DNA of 59,012 nt, taken from assembly GCA_964558825.1 (NCBI GenBank), contig CAZLGB010000001.1:1-59012 (forward strand). The letters are read 5' to 3'. The stretch's first letter is position 1; each line of letters opens with the position of its first letter. This DNA is from an uncultured Intrasporangiaceae bacterium (GTDB taxonomy: Bacteria; Actinomycetota; Actinomycetes; Actinomycetales; Dermatophilaceae). This document shows positions 43,912 through 52,111 of this stretch, one piece after another. The notes below the pieces were generated by a model. That model had not been told where the DNA came from, did not search any database, and was given only the letters and a program-made list of their open reading frames with translations. Made by a program: the position numbers and the translations under genes.

Positions 43912-45281
43912 GCCTCTACGGCACGGATTACCCGGACCCGGTCGAGCCCGACCCGACCATCCCCGTGGTCTCGCTCGCCGAGGCGCACGAGGTCTTCACG
44001 CGGTGGCTCGGGGACGACTACGACCTCGACGCCCTCGATGCCGTGTTGGCGACGGCCGCCGTCGAGCGGATGACCGGCGACCCGCTGTGGCTGCTGCTCA
44101 TCTCCGGCAGCGGCAACGCCAAGACCGAGACCGTGCAGGCTCTCGACGGCATAGGCGCGACCGTCACCTCGACGATCTCCTCCACGGGCGCGCTGCTGTC
44201 AGCGACCGCGAAGAAGGAGCGCGCCGAGGACGCCACCGGGGGGCTGCTACGCAAACTCGGCCCGCGCGGGGTCCTCGTGGTCAAGGACGTCACGAGCATC
44301 CTGTCGACCAGCCGCGATGCGCGCGCGGAGATCCTGGCAGCCCTCCGCGAGGTGTACGACGGCCGTTGGTCGCGCAACGTCGGCACCGACGGAGGCCGCA
44401 CGCTCGACTGGTCCGGGCGGCTCGCCCTCGTCGGGGCCGTCACGACCGCATGGGACCGGGCGCACGACGTCATCGCCTCGATGGGCGACCGGTTCGTGTT
44501 GCTGCGGATGGACTCCACCCAGGGCCGTCAGGTCGCCGGCCGGCAGGCCATCGGGAACACCGGCCACGAGATGACCATGCGCCGCCAGCTCGCCGACGCC
44601 GTCGCCGGAGTCCTCGCGGGCATGACGCCACGGGTGGACCCGGTCACCGACGCGGAGACCGACATCCTGCTCGCCGCCGCCGACCTCGTCACCCTGGCTC
44701 GCACCGGGGTCGAGTACGACTACCGCGGCGATGTCGTCGACGCCCACGCACCGGAAATGCCGACACGCTTCGCAAAGCAGCTCACCCAGGTGGTCCTTGG
44801 GGGGTGCGCGCTCGGTATGCCGCGCACGGCGGCGCTGCGTCTGGCGGTGCGGTGCGCCCGGGACTCGATGCCGCCGCTGCGGCTGGCCATCGTCGATGAC
44901 ATCGCGGCCCACCCCGACTCCTCGACTGCCGATGTGCGCAAGCGCCTCGGCAAGCCACGGGCCACCGTTGACCGGCAGTTGCAGGCGCTGCACATGCTCG
45001 GCGTACTGGTCTGCCAGGAAGAAGAGGTCGTCTGGGCCGGACGCGAGGCGACCCGCTGGCACTACTCCCTGGCCGACGGAATCGATCCGCACGCGCTCGA
45101 CCCGGACCAAATCAGTGCCAGATTTGGCGTTACGTACCCCTATCCACTGAAAGAAGAGGGGTCAGGCGTACACACCCCTACCGCCAAATCTGGCACTGAG
45201 TCCGACGGGTGCTGCCTCGACTGCGGTCTACCCCTGCCGGCCGGCTCGACATCGGCCTACCACCAGGGGTGCGCCGCATGA
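43908..45281 (+). CDS. P-loop NTPase, putative replication initiator/helicase-like protein with C-terminal wHTH
   Basis: Walker A-like LLLISGSGNAKTE and Walker B-like GVLVVKDV. C-terminal winged-helix-like segment (VRKRLGKPRATVDRQLQALHMLGVL). Largest gene of the early module. Confidence 0.55.
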   Translation: MSLYGTDYPDPVEPDPTIPVVSLAEAHEVFTRWLGDDYDLDALDAVLATAAVERMTGDPLWLLLISGSGNAKTETVQALDGIGATVTSTISSTGALLSATAKKERAEDATGGLLRKLGPRGVLVVKDVTSILSTSRDARAEILAALREVYDGRWSRNVGTDGGRTLDWSGRLALVGAVTTAWDRAHDVIASMGDRFVLLRMDSTQGRQVAGRQAIGNTGHEMTMRRQLADAVAGVLAGMTPRVDPVTDAETDILLAAADLVTLARTGVEYDYRGDVVDAHAPEMPTRFAKQLTQVVLGGCALGMPRTAALRLAVRCARDSMPPLRLAIVDDIAAHPDSSTADVRKRLGKPRATVDRQLQALHMLGVLVCQEEEVVWAGREATRWHYSLADGIDPHALDPDQISARFGVTYPYPLKEEGSGVHTPTAKSGTESDGCCLDCGLPLPAGSTSAYHQGCAA

Positions 45282-45676
45282 CCACTCCGCCCGTCCTCGT
45301 CTTGGGCTCGTCGGTGCTGCTGTCGGGTCAGGCGGTTGCCGATGCGCTCGGGCTGGCGGTGTTGGGCAGCCGCGTGGCAGCGCGTGACGGCATCGGCACA
45401 CCGCCTCGGGTGCGCGTCTTGGTCGGGGCCTTGAAAGACGCCCTAAAGGCACAGGGGCGTCCGGGCGGACATGCGGACGTCCGCGACGAGGCCGAGTCGG
45501 CAGAGTCGGATAGCCGGGTCACAACCTCCGACGCGGCAAGGGTGTTGGGACTGTCCACTCGTCAGGTCCGTCGCCTGGCGTTCCCCCTCGCCGGGGTGCG
45601 CGGGCCTGGCGGGTGGACGTACTCAGCCGAAGCGCTCGCGGCATACGCCGCACGACGACAGGAGCAAGCATCGTGA
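45278..45676 (+). CDS. HTH DNA-binding protein (MerR/excisionase-like HTH)
   Basis: TTSDAARVLGLSTRQVRRLA helix-turn-helix. ATGA overlap with the previous gene. Confidence 0.55.
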   Translation: MTTPPVLVLGSSVLLSGQAVADALGLAVLGSRVAARDGIGTPPRVRVLVGALKDALKAQGRPGGHADVRDEAESAESDSRVTTSDAARVLGLSTRQVRRLAFPLAGVRGPGGWTYSAEALAAYAARRQEQAS

Positions 45677-46122
45677 GCACCATCACCCGGGGCTCGTGGA
45701 TCAACGGCGACCATTTCCCCATCACGGTCGACGTCCGCGGCGCCAACCCGCTCGAGGACGATGTCCGCCAGACCAGCCCCGCCGCCTACGCGGCCAGCGT
45801 CAAGGTCGCCGGCCCATGTCCCAAACTGTTCGCCGGCGGGCTGCTCGACCTGCCGGTGTTCACCGCCTCTGGCATCGACCCGGCCGTCCTCAAGACGGTG
45901 CCCGCGACGCAGCGACACGCGCTGGCCGCCGAGCCCGACCGTGCCAAGGTCTACGCACTCATCGAGGAGTACGGCCCCTTCGACGACGTCTCCCTTCCCC
46001 ACCCCGGATGGAATGACGCGGTCGGGCGGGTCGGGCACTGGGCCTCGGGCCGACTCGACCCGCCTGGCTCCGAGGCGTCGGTCGTGGCCGCAATGGATGA
46101 GTGGGCCAGGACCAACCGATGA
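45673..46122 (+). CDS. Hypothetical protein (element)
   Basis: 149 aa. GTGA overlap upstream and ATGA overlap downstream. Confidence 0.55.
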   Translation: MSTITRGSWINGDHFPITVDVRGANPLEDDVRQTSPAAYAASVKVAGPCPKLFAGGLLDLPVFTASGIDPAVLKTVPATQRHALAAEPDRAKVYALIEEYGPFDDVSLPHPGWNDAVGRVGHWASGRLDPPGSEASVVAAMDEWARTNR

Positions 46123-46913
46123 ACCTGACCCAGTTCTCAGCGCGAGCGGTCGCGTCCTTCCTGCGCGAGCTGTCCACCGACGGGGCGCCCGTTCCGGTGG
46201 CCGCCATGAACGCGGTTGCCCTGCTCGACGACATCCTCTCGGGCGACCCGGCGCAGACCCTGCGCCCCAGCACCAATCCGACCGCGCTCATGGCCTCCGA
46301 CCCCGCCACATTCGCCGATGCCATCCGGGCCGAGGCGCTGTGGATGGTCGTCGGTTCGCGCGCCGGGGACGCCGCTGTCGTGGTGACTGACGCAACCATG
46401 AAGGCGGCCGTCGACCTCACCCGCGAGCGTGCCGACGACCTGCTCGACCACTACCGCCCCCGCTTCGACAGGGCCATCGCGACCATCGCCGCGGCGGTCG
46501 AGGCGGGCGTCCGATATGACATGACCTCCGACGACCTTGTCATCGCCGGCCCGTCAGTCGTCGCTGCGTGGCAACCCGTCCCCGGCGCAGCCGCCGTCCT
46601 CGACCGGATCGCATCCAAGCGCAGCCGCATGTGCGAGCTGCTAGATATCGCCCCTGTCGCTCAATACCAACACTCGGCGATGCCCGGCGCAGCGCGAACA
46701 ATGTGGCCCATCGACACGGCATACGCCGTGGTCCGGCTACCCGAGAAGACCCACCGATCCGGTCCCGCCTACTGGCTGCGCCTGGCATCCCTCGGGCCGG
46801 TCACGCTGCACACCGTCGCGCAAACCATCGCTGCCGAGCGAGCCACCCGACCGCCCATCCGCGTAGCCGTCGTCGAGAACGACCACGGCCGCGCCGTGAT
46901 GAACGTCCATTGA
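46119..46913 (+). CDS. Hypothetical protein (element)
   Basis: 264 aa with normal composition. Translationally coupled on both sides. Confidence 0.55.
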   Translation: MNLTQFSARAVASFLRELSTDGAPVPVAAMNAVALLDDILSGDPAQTLRPSTNPTALMASDPATFADAIRAEALWMVVGSRAGDAAVVVTDATMKAAVDLTRERADDLLDHYRPRFDRAIATIAAAVEAGVRYDMTSDDLVIAGPSVVAAWQPVPGAAAVLDRIASKRSRMCELLDIAPVAQYQHSAMPGAARTMWPIDTAYAVVRLPEKTHRSGPAYWLRLASLGPVTLHTVAQTIAAERATRPPIRVAVVENDHGRAVMNVH

Positions 46914-47272
46914 TGCCGTTCGCGTCAAAGGCCATCCGTCAGCGGGCACGCCGTCGCGTGGCCGCTCGGGTCCGCGCCGGGGAGCCGTGCGCGTTCTGCG
47001 GCCTACCCATCGACCTGACCATCCCGTATCCAGATCCCGCTTCATTCACGGTTGACCACGCCATCCCTTCCAGCCTCGGAGGCACCGACAACTACGAGCA
47101 GCTACGCGCGGCGCACAACGCCTGCAACCGAGCGAGGAGCAATCTGCCATCGGGCACCGTGGGCACCAACTCCGGCGCACTGACGGGTGGGGGACTGCCC
47201 CCCTCGCCTCCATCGCGGCCCTCTCACGGCATAGGGATCAATCTGGAGCCCAGAAAGGCCCGCGCCTCGTGA
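46913..47272 (+). CDS. HNH endonuclease
   Basis: CAFCG..TVDHAIPSSLGG..N..LRAAHNACNRAR (Cys pair plus H-N-H core). Placed immediately upstream of the terminase genes, as in cos-type phages. Confidence 0.8.
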   Translation: MPFASKAIRQRARRRVAARVRAGEPCAFCGLPIDLTIPYPDPASFTVDHAIPSSLGGTDNYEQLRAAHNACNRARSNLPSGTVGTNSGALTGGGLPPSPPSRPSHGIGINLEPRKARAS

Positions 47273-47472
47273 CCACCGACCGCGAGCGCCTGGAGGCCCT
47301 CCGCGAGCGCCTGGAGGGGGTCATCAGTGACCCCGCGACCAGCCCGCGAGACCTGGCGACGGTAGCCCGTGAGTACCGAATCCTCGTGCACAAGCTGTCC
47401 GAGTTGCGACCAGCCGAGCGGTCTGCGTTGGACGAGATTGCCGCACGCCGAGCGCAACGGAGGTCATCGTGA
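47269..47472 (+). CDS. Small helical protein in the TerS position (putative small terminase subunit)
   Basis: 67 aa with GTGA overlaps on both sides. The call rests on position between HNH and TerL only. Confidence 0.45.
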   Translation: MTTDRERLEALRERLEGVISDPATSPRDLATVAREYRILVHKLSELRPAERSALDEIAARRAQRRSS

Positions 47473-48875
47473 CGGTCGCGGTTTCGTGCCCACCCACGTT
47501 CTGCCGGGTGCCCGATGGGGATGAGACCACAGGACGGGAGACTGTCGAGCTGGCCCGCGCCTACGGGGTGCCTTTAGACGAGTGGCAGGAGTCCATCGTC
47601 CGGGGGGTCCTGCGTGAGTCCGGCAACGGATGGGCCGCCTCTCAAGCCGGGCTGGTCGTGTCTCGGCAGAACGGCAAGGGCCAAATCCTGCTCGTGCTGG
47701 AGCTGGCCGGGCTGCTCCTGTTCGACGAGCACATCCTGCACACCGCGCACGCCGTCAAGACCAGTTCCGACGCGTTCCGCCGTTTGTGGCGCCTGATCCA
47801 GTCACATGACGACCTGTCGCGCCGTGTGCGCCGGCACTCCGAGCAGATCGGCATGGAGTATGTCGAGTGGACCTCAGGCGCCCGCATCGCGTTCACCACC
47901 CGCTCAGCGTCCGCCGGCCGAGGGTTGGCCGTCGATCGGCTAGTCGTCGACGAGGCCGAAGACTTCCCCGCGCCGGAGGTCGGAGCACTCGCACCCACCG
48001 TGTTCAGTCGACCGCGCGCCCAAAGTCTGTACTTCGGCACAGCTCCTGGCCCGATGCACGACTCGGAAGCGTTCGCCACGATGCGCCGCACGGCACACGA
48101 AGGGCTCAATCCGCGCCTGGCCTGGTGGGAGTGGGTAGCCGAGTACGGGCACGACGTTGACGACCGGCAGGTGTGGCTTCAGGTCAACCCTGCGGTCGCC
48201 GTTGGCCGCGTTGACGTACAGGCCATCGTCAATGACCGGGCCGTGCTTCCCGTCGACCAGTTCCGCGCCGAACGGTTGTCCATGTGGCTACCCACGGGTG
48301 GCGCCCGAGTGTTCGACGCGGACCCCTGGCAAAGCCTCACCGACATGGGGTCGACCCCTGTCACGGATCTCGCGCTCGGGTTGGATTGCCCACCGTCCCG
48401 CGAGTACGCCACGGTCTGCCTGGCAGGCCGCCGCGCGGACGGGCTGCTCCACGTCGAGTGGTACCACAGCGCCGAAGGGGTGCGCTGGGTCCCCGAATGG
48501 GTCGCCGCGCATCTCACACCCGCCGTCAGGGCCGTGGTCGTCGACACCCGAAACCCGCTCGCTGAGCTCGACTGGAAAGCCGCAGGCGTCGCACCCACCC
48601 TCGCCGGAACCCGTGACGTCGCGGCGGCTGCTGGCGCGTATTTCGACGCCATCAGCGAAGGCCGCGCACGCCACCGCGGACAAGTCGAACTCACCCGCGC
48701 CACTCTCGGCGCCCGACAGCGACCCATGGTCGCCGGAGAAGGGTTCGGCTGGGATCGCAAGGCGCCGGGCTCGTCTGCGCTCTACGCCGCATCCCTCGCC
48801 GTCTGGGGCGTCGACACACCCACCGCCGAAAAGCCACCATGCAGGATCCGCACGGGCCGAGCCGTCTTCCGTTAG
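47469..48875 (+). CDS. Phage terminase large subunit
   Basis: LDEWQESIVRGVL, Walker A SRQNGKG and Walker B LVVDEAE, followed by a nuclease-type C-terminal half. 468 aa. Confidence 0.85.
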   Translation: MTVAVSCPPTFCRVPDGDETTGRETVELARAYGVPLDEWQESIVRGVLRESGNGWAASQAGLVVSRQNGKGQILLVLELAGLLLFDEHILHTAHAVKTSSDAFRRLWRLIQSHDDLSRRVRRHSEQIGMEYVEWTSGARIAFTTRSASAGRGLAVDRLVVDEAEDFPAPEVGALAPTVFSRPRAQSLYFGTAPGPMHDSEAFATMRRTAHEGLNPRLAWWEWVAEYGHDVDDRQVWLQVNPAVAVGRVDVQAIVNDRAVLPVDQFRAERLSMWLPTGGARVFDADPWQSLTDMGSTPVTDLALGLDCPPSREYATVCLAGRRADGLLHVEWYHSAEGVRWVPEWVAAHLTPAVRAVVVDTRNPLAELDWKAAGVAPTLAGTRDVAAAAGAYFDAISEGRARHRGQVELTRATLGARQRPMVAGEGFGWDRKAPGSSALYAASLAVWGVDTPTAEKPPCRIRTGRAVFR

Positions 48876-48893
48876 CGGCAGTAAACTTCACGA

Positions 48894-49163
48894 GTGGCTC
48901 TGAAACCCAGAAACGTCGAGTGGATCGGGTTCACGAAAGAGCAAGCCCGCATGCTCGACTTCCTCGATCACCTAGGCAACAACGGCTGGGACCGCAACGG
49001 ACAGACCGACGCCGTGATGCCCGGGTACATCCTTGAACTCGAAAGCCAGATCGGCCTATCGCGAGTCAAAGACGCCATGGCGTCAGTCGGATACGACCGA
49101 AGCGACCTGCACATGCTCGACCGGTGGTATTCGAAAGCCACAACAGGCAAGTTCGGCCGATGA
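48894..49163 (+). CDS. Hypothetical protein, atypical codon usage (cargo)
   Basis: 89 aa. Visibly more A/T-ending codons (AAA, AGA, GAA, CTA, TAT) than neighbouring genes. GTG start. Confidence 0.55.
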   Translation: MALKPRNVEWIGFTKEQARMLDFLDHLGNNGWDRNGQTDAVMPGYILELESQIGLSRVKDAMASVGYDRSDLHMLDRWYSKATTGKFGR

Positions 49164-49170
49164 GGGGCCG

Positions 49171-49824
49171 GTGGCGCCATTTGAGGCGACGGGCGCGCGG
49201 TGGGAACCTTGCGGGGTGACCGAAGCCCTCGCCGTCATCGCCATCTTGGTTTCATTGGGGTCGCTCTACTTCGCATGGAAGGTTGCTAGATCCACCGAGG
49301 ATCAAGCCGACATACAGCGTCAGATCCGGATCGATGCTGCGCAGCCGTTCGTTTTCGCTGACATCCGTCCGCACCACCAGCATGGCAGCCTCCTCATGTT
49401 CGTAGTCGGGAACACTGGTCCGACAGTGGCGACCAACGTCCGCATCTCCCTTCACCGCCCACTCCCCGCAGGCGACACGGACCGAGCGCTGAGAGCCACA
49501 CGCGCCATCGAGAACGGAATCTCGGCGCTAACGCCGGGCCAGACGGTCGCATGGACGCTCGGCGTGCCCTGGCAGGTTCTCGAACAGGTTCCCGAAGGGG
49601 ACGCTTCGTATCGCTTTGCCGTCACCTGCGATGGCCCCTTCGGCCCCGTGCCGCCCCTGGAGTACACCGTCGACCTAGACGACATTCGGCACTCACACCC
49701 GTATGCCGTGGGCACCCTTCACGGCGTTGCAGAACAGATCAGATCACTCAGAGAGGACCTCGCGCGGCAGCTCAGAGAGCTCCGCCCACCACTTGCCCAC
49801 ATGGATGATGAGGAGGACGAGTGA
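49171..49824 (+). CDS. Membrane-anchored hypothetical protein with acidic C-terminus (cargo)
   Basis: TM helix ALAVIAILVSLGSLYFAW, then a probable beta-rich domain (LLMFVVGNTGPTVATNVRISL), and it ends DDEEDE. The start is ambiguous (GTG 49171 or 49216). Confidence 0.6.
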   Translation: MAPFEATGARWEPCGVTEALAVIAILVSLGSLYFAWKVARSTEDQADIQRQIRIDAAQPFVFADIRPHHQHGSLLMFVVGNTGPTVATNVRISLHRPLPAGDTDRALRATRAIENGISALTPGQTVAWTLGVPWQVLEQVPEGDASYRFAVTCDGPFGPVPPLEYTVDLDDIRHSHPYAVGTLHGVAEQIRSLREDLARQLRELRPPLAHMDDEEDE

Positions 49825-49865
49825 CGTACAACAGCCACGGACTCCGGGACCGCGCTCGTGGGTCA

Positions 49866-50054
49866 TTAGCTCTCAAGGTCGACCCTCTGCCCGCAACTCG
49901 AGCACACGAGCTTGCGCAGCGCGCCCTTTGCGAGCCCCGCCGCGACTAGCGTCGTCTTCCCACATGTGGGGCAGTTCAGGAACTGCTCGGGTCTGTTGCT
50001 CATATCCTCCAGGTCGCCAACTAGATCATCGAGACCATCGAACTCCATGCTCAT
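49866..50054 (-). CDS. Small zinc-ribbon protein (cargo)
   Basis: 62 aa. Acidic N-terminus, then CPTC..x21..CSSC. Start at the internal ATG 50054. The upstream part of the track ORF is implausible. Confidence 0.55.
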   Translation of the reverse strand: MSMEFDGLDDLVGDLEDMSNRPEQFLNCPTCGKTTLVAAGLAKGALRKLVCSSCGQRVDLES

Positions 50055-50076
50055 GCCCCTGACCGTACCCAACGAC

Positions 50077-50107
50077 ACCGCCCCCCGCTCATCGAGCGGG
50101 GGGCGGT
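50077..50107 (-). terminator. Strong hairpin: 14-bp perfect GC-rich stem, 3-nt loop
   Basis: ACCGCCCCCCGCTC-ATC-GAGCGGGGGGCGGT, about 85 nt downstream of the 72-aa gene on the minus strand. Confidence 0.65.
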
Positions 50108-50193
50108 CTCTTGACGTCGAGCTACTTGACCCGCTCGAACACCGGGGCCAAGTACGCACGGGGTCAGGCACGGTAGGAAGTCCAGACGAGCGC

Positions 50194-50412
50194 TCACTGC
50201 TCCATCTTCGCCACGAGTTCCGAGGTCTTGATGCCGAGCCTGTCCGCGATGAAGAACAAGGTCTCGACCCTCGGAGTGGGGTCGTCGGGCGCCGGAATGT
50301 CCGGCTGGAGCCGATGGGCGAGCCGAGTGAGGGCGCGGGCGATGTCGTCCACGGCATATGCCAGCCATCCGCGCGGGTCCGTCAGGACCACGGGAAGACG
50401 GTCGGCGTTCAT
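50194..50412 (-). CDS. Hypothetical small protein (element regulatory module)
   Basis: 72 aa. ATGA overlap with the XRE gene. C-terminus (ETLFFIADRLGIKTSELVAKME) resembles the last helices of an XRE domain. Confidence 0.55.
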   Translation of the reverse strand: MNADRLPVVLTDPRGWLAYAVDDIARALTRLAHRLQPDIPAPDDPTPRVETLFFIADRLGIKTSELVAKMEQ

Positions 50413-50618
50413 CGGGCCACCACCTTCCCCATCGTGCGGTCAGCTGCCATCCGGCCCAGCGCATCGAGAGCCTGGTCACGCCGCGCCGGGCGAGCCTCAA
50501 CCTGACCCCGTTCGTAACGGCCCAACCAGGACCGGCTCAGCCCCGACTCCCGAGCGAGCTGCTCCAGCGTGAAGCCCAACGCCGTGCGCAGCAACCGCAA
50601 GGCCGCACCGTAGCTCAT
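50409..50618 (-). CDS. XRE-family HTH transcriptional regulator (Cro/CI-like)
   Basis: LRLLRTALGFTLEQLARESGLSRSWLGRYERGQ. Confidence 0.75.
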   Translation of the reverse strand: MSYGAALRLLRTALGFTLEQLARESGLSRSWLGRYERGQVEARPARRDQALDALGRMAADRTMGKVVAR

Positions 50619-50951
50619 CGCGCACCCGCCAGCACCACGGCGAGATCCTCGGCCGCGCCGCGCAAGGCGTCACCCATCGCGGTCAACCGTGCCACCGCCT
50701 CACCGAGCGGCAGTACCGCCACCCGCGCGCCGCCCACGGACACCCCGACACCCGAGGTGCCATCCGCGTGAGCGAACACGTCCACCAGCACATCCGGGGA
50801 CACGGTCGCCCCCCGCACCTGCCCCTTGCGGCTCCGAGGCTGCCAAGTCGACGTCCTCCCGCGTCGGCATCGCCAGCGTGTCCAGCAGCCGGTGCGCCGG
50901 GTTCGTGCACCAGCTCGGGCAGTCGGTGGGGCTGAGAGTGGAAAGGGTCAT
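50615..50951 (-). pseudogene. Phage-type small protein apparently split by a frameshift at a C6/G6 run
   Basis: The N-terminal frame (ATG 50951: MTLSTLSPTDCPSWCTNPAH..) and C-terminal frame (50818-50615: ..VLVDVFAHADG..LPLGEAVARLTAMGDAL) change at the homopolymer at 50809-50814. Alternatively 50615-50818 is an independent GTG-started gene. Confidence 0.4.
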
Positions 50952-50983
50952 GTCCGGCCTCCATTGGGCCGGTCGAGCCACCC

Positions 50984-52078
50984 TTACCTAGTTGTTGCAG
51001 AGTGTCGGAACTCGACCACGTCGCCGTCGGCCATCACATAGTCCTTGCCCTCGATGCGCACCTTGCCCGCAGCGCGCGCGGCCACCATCGTCCCGGCGGC
51101 ATCCAGATCGGCGAAGGACACGACCTCGGCCTTGATGAAGCCCCGCTGGAAGTCGGTGTGGATGACACCCGCAGCTTGCGGGGCCGTCCAGCCCTGGCGG
51201 ATCGTCCAGGCTCGCGACTCCTTGGGCCCCGCCGTCAAATAGGTCTGCAGCCCGAGGGTGTGGAAGCCGACATGAGCGAGCTGGTCGAGCCCCGGCTCGG
51301 TCACGCCCACCGACTCAAGCAGCTCGCGCGCCTCCGCCTCGTCGAGCTCGGCCAGATCGGCCTCAAGCTTGGCCGACAGGAAGACGCTGTCGGCAGGCGC
51401 CACCGACGCGCGCAGTCGCGCCTGCAACTCGGTGTCGGTCAGCTGGTCTTCGTCGAGATTGAAGACATAGATGAAGGGCTTGGTCGTCAGCAGCTGCAGC
51501 GCGCGCGCCTCGGCGAGGTCGACCCCGTAGGCCGCGCCGGCGGCATACAGCGTCTTGCCATCCTCCAAACACCGTTGCGCCGCAACGGCATTGTCGTATG
51601 CCGCCCGCTTGTCCTTGACGACGCGCGCCTCCTTCTCCAGGCGCGGGACGGCCTTTTCGAGGGTCTGGAGGTCGGCGAGGCAGAGCTCGGTCTCGATGGT
51701 CTCGATGTCCCCGGCCGGGCTGACCTTGCCCTCGACGTGGGTGACGTCGTCGTCGACGAAGACCCGCACGACCTGGCAGATGGCGTCGGCCTCGCGGATG
51801 TTGGCGAGGAACTTGTTGCCCAGACCCTCGCCCTCGGAGGCGCCGCGGACGATGCCGGCGATGTCGACGAAGGACACGGTCGCGGGCAGAATCCGCTCCG
51901 AGCCATAGATCTCGGCCAGTCTCGCCAGCCGTGGATCGGGCAGCGGCACGACGCCGACATTGGGCTCGATCGTCGCGAAGGGATAGTTCGCGGCCAGGAC
52001 GTTGTTCTTGGTCAGCGCATTGAAGAGCGTCGACTTGCCGACGTTGGGAAGGCCGACGATTCCGATGGTGAGCGCCAC
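50984..52078 (-). CDS. ychF: Redox-regulated ATPase YchF, with C-terminus altered by the insertion
   Basis: [18 protein letters not shown] and the full YchF pattern. It ends ..[14 protein letters not shown] instead of ..VEFRFNV. Confidence 0.93.
   Translation of the reverse strand: MALTIGIVGLPNVGKSTLFNALTKNNVLAANYPFATIEPNVGVVPLPDPRLARLAEIYGSERILPATVSFVDIAGIVRGASEGEGLGNKFLANIREADAICQVVRVFVDDDVTHVEGKVSPAGDIETIETELCLADLQTLEKAVPRLEKEARVVKDKRAAYDNAVAAQRCLEDGKTLYAAGAAYGVDLAEARALQLLTTKPFIYVFNLDEDQLTDTELQARLRASVAPADSVFLSAKLEADLAELDEAEARELLESVGVTEPGLDQLAHVGFHTLGLQTYLTAGPKESRAWTIRQGWTAPQAAGVIHTDFQRGFIKAEVVSFADLDAAGTMVAARAAGKVRIEGKDYVMADGDVVEFRHSATTR
51006..51013. repeat. attR core (CGGAACTC)
   Basis: See attL. 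Lies within ychF codons V-E-F-R. Confidence 0.8.
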
Positions 52079-52111
52079 AAGGGCGAGAGTCTAGCTGGCG
52101 CGCGGGCCGGG

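Larger units (their letters stand above)
40850..51013 (+). mobile_element. ~10.2-kb integrated element (candidate phage satellite or internally deleted prophage) in the 3' end of ychF, with large serine recombinase
   Basis: 8-bp direct repeat CGGAACTC at both ends (40850-57 and 51006-13). Split ychF terminus. Serine recombinase, replication-like, HNH, TerS-like and TerL genes. Chain of overlapping start/stop codons. XRE regulator module. Confidence 0.85.

Noticed and set aside
40883-50991. GTTGTTGCA (50991-99) and TGCAACAC (40876-83) as inverted arms of attP
   Set aside because: In the reconstructed attP they are not symmetric about the shared core (6 nt versus 18 nt from it), so I do not use them as evidence. 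The coordinates span the circular junction.
40850-51013. Actinomycete integrative and conjugative element (AICE) as the identity of the 10-kb insert
   Set aside because: No FtsK/TraB-like translocase, relaxase or Spd-type genes are recognisable. A terminase large subunit and an HNH endonuclease point to a phage lineage.
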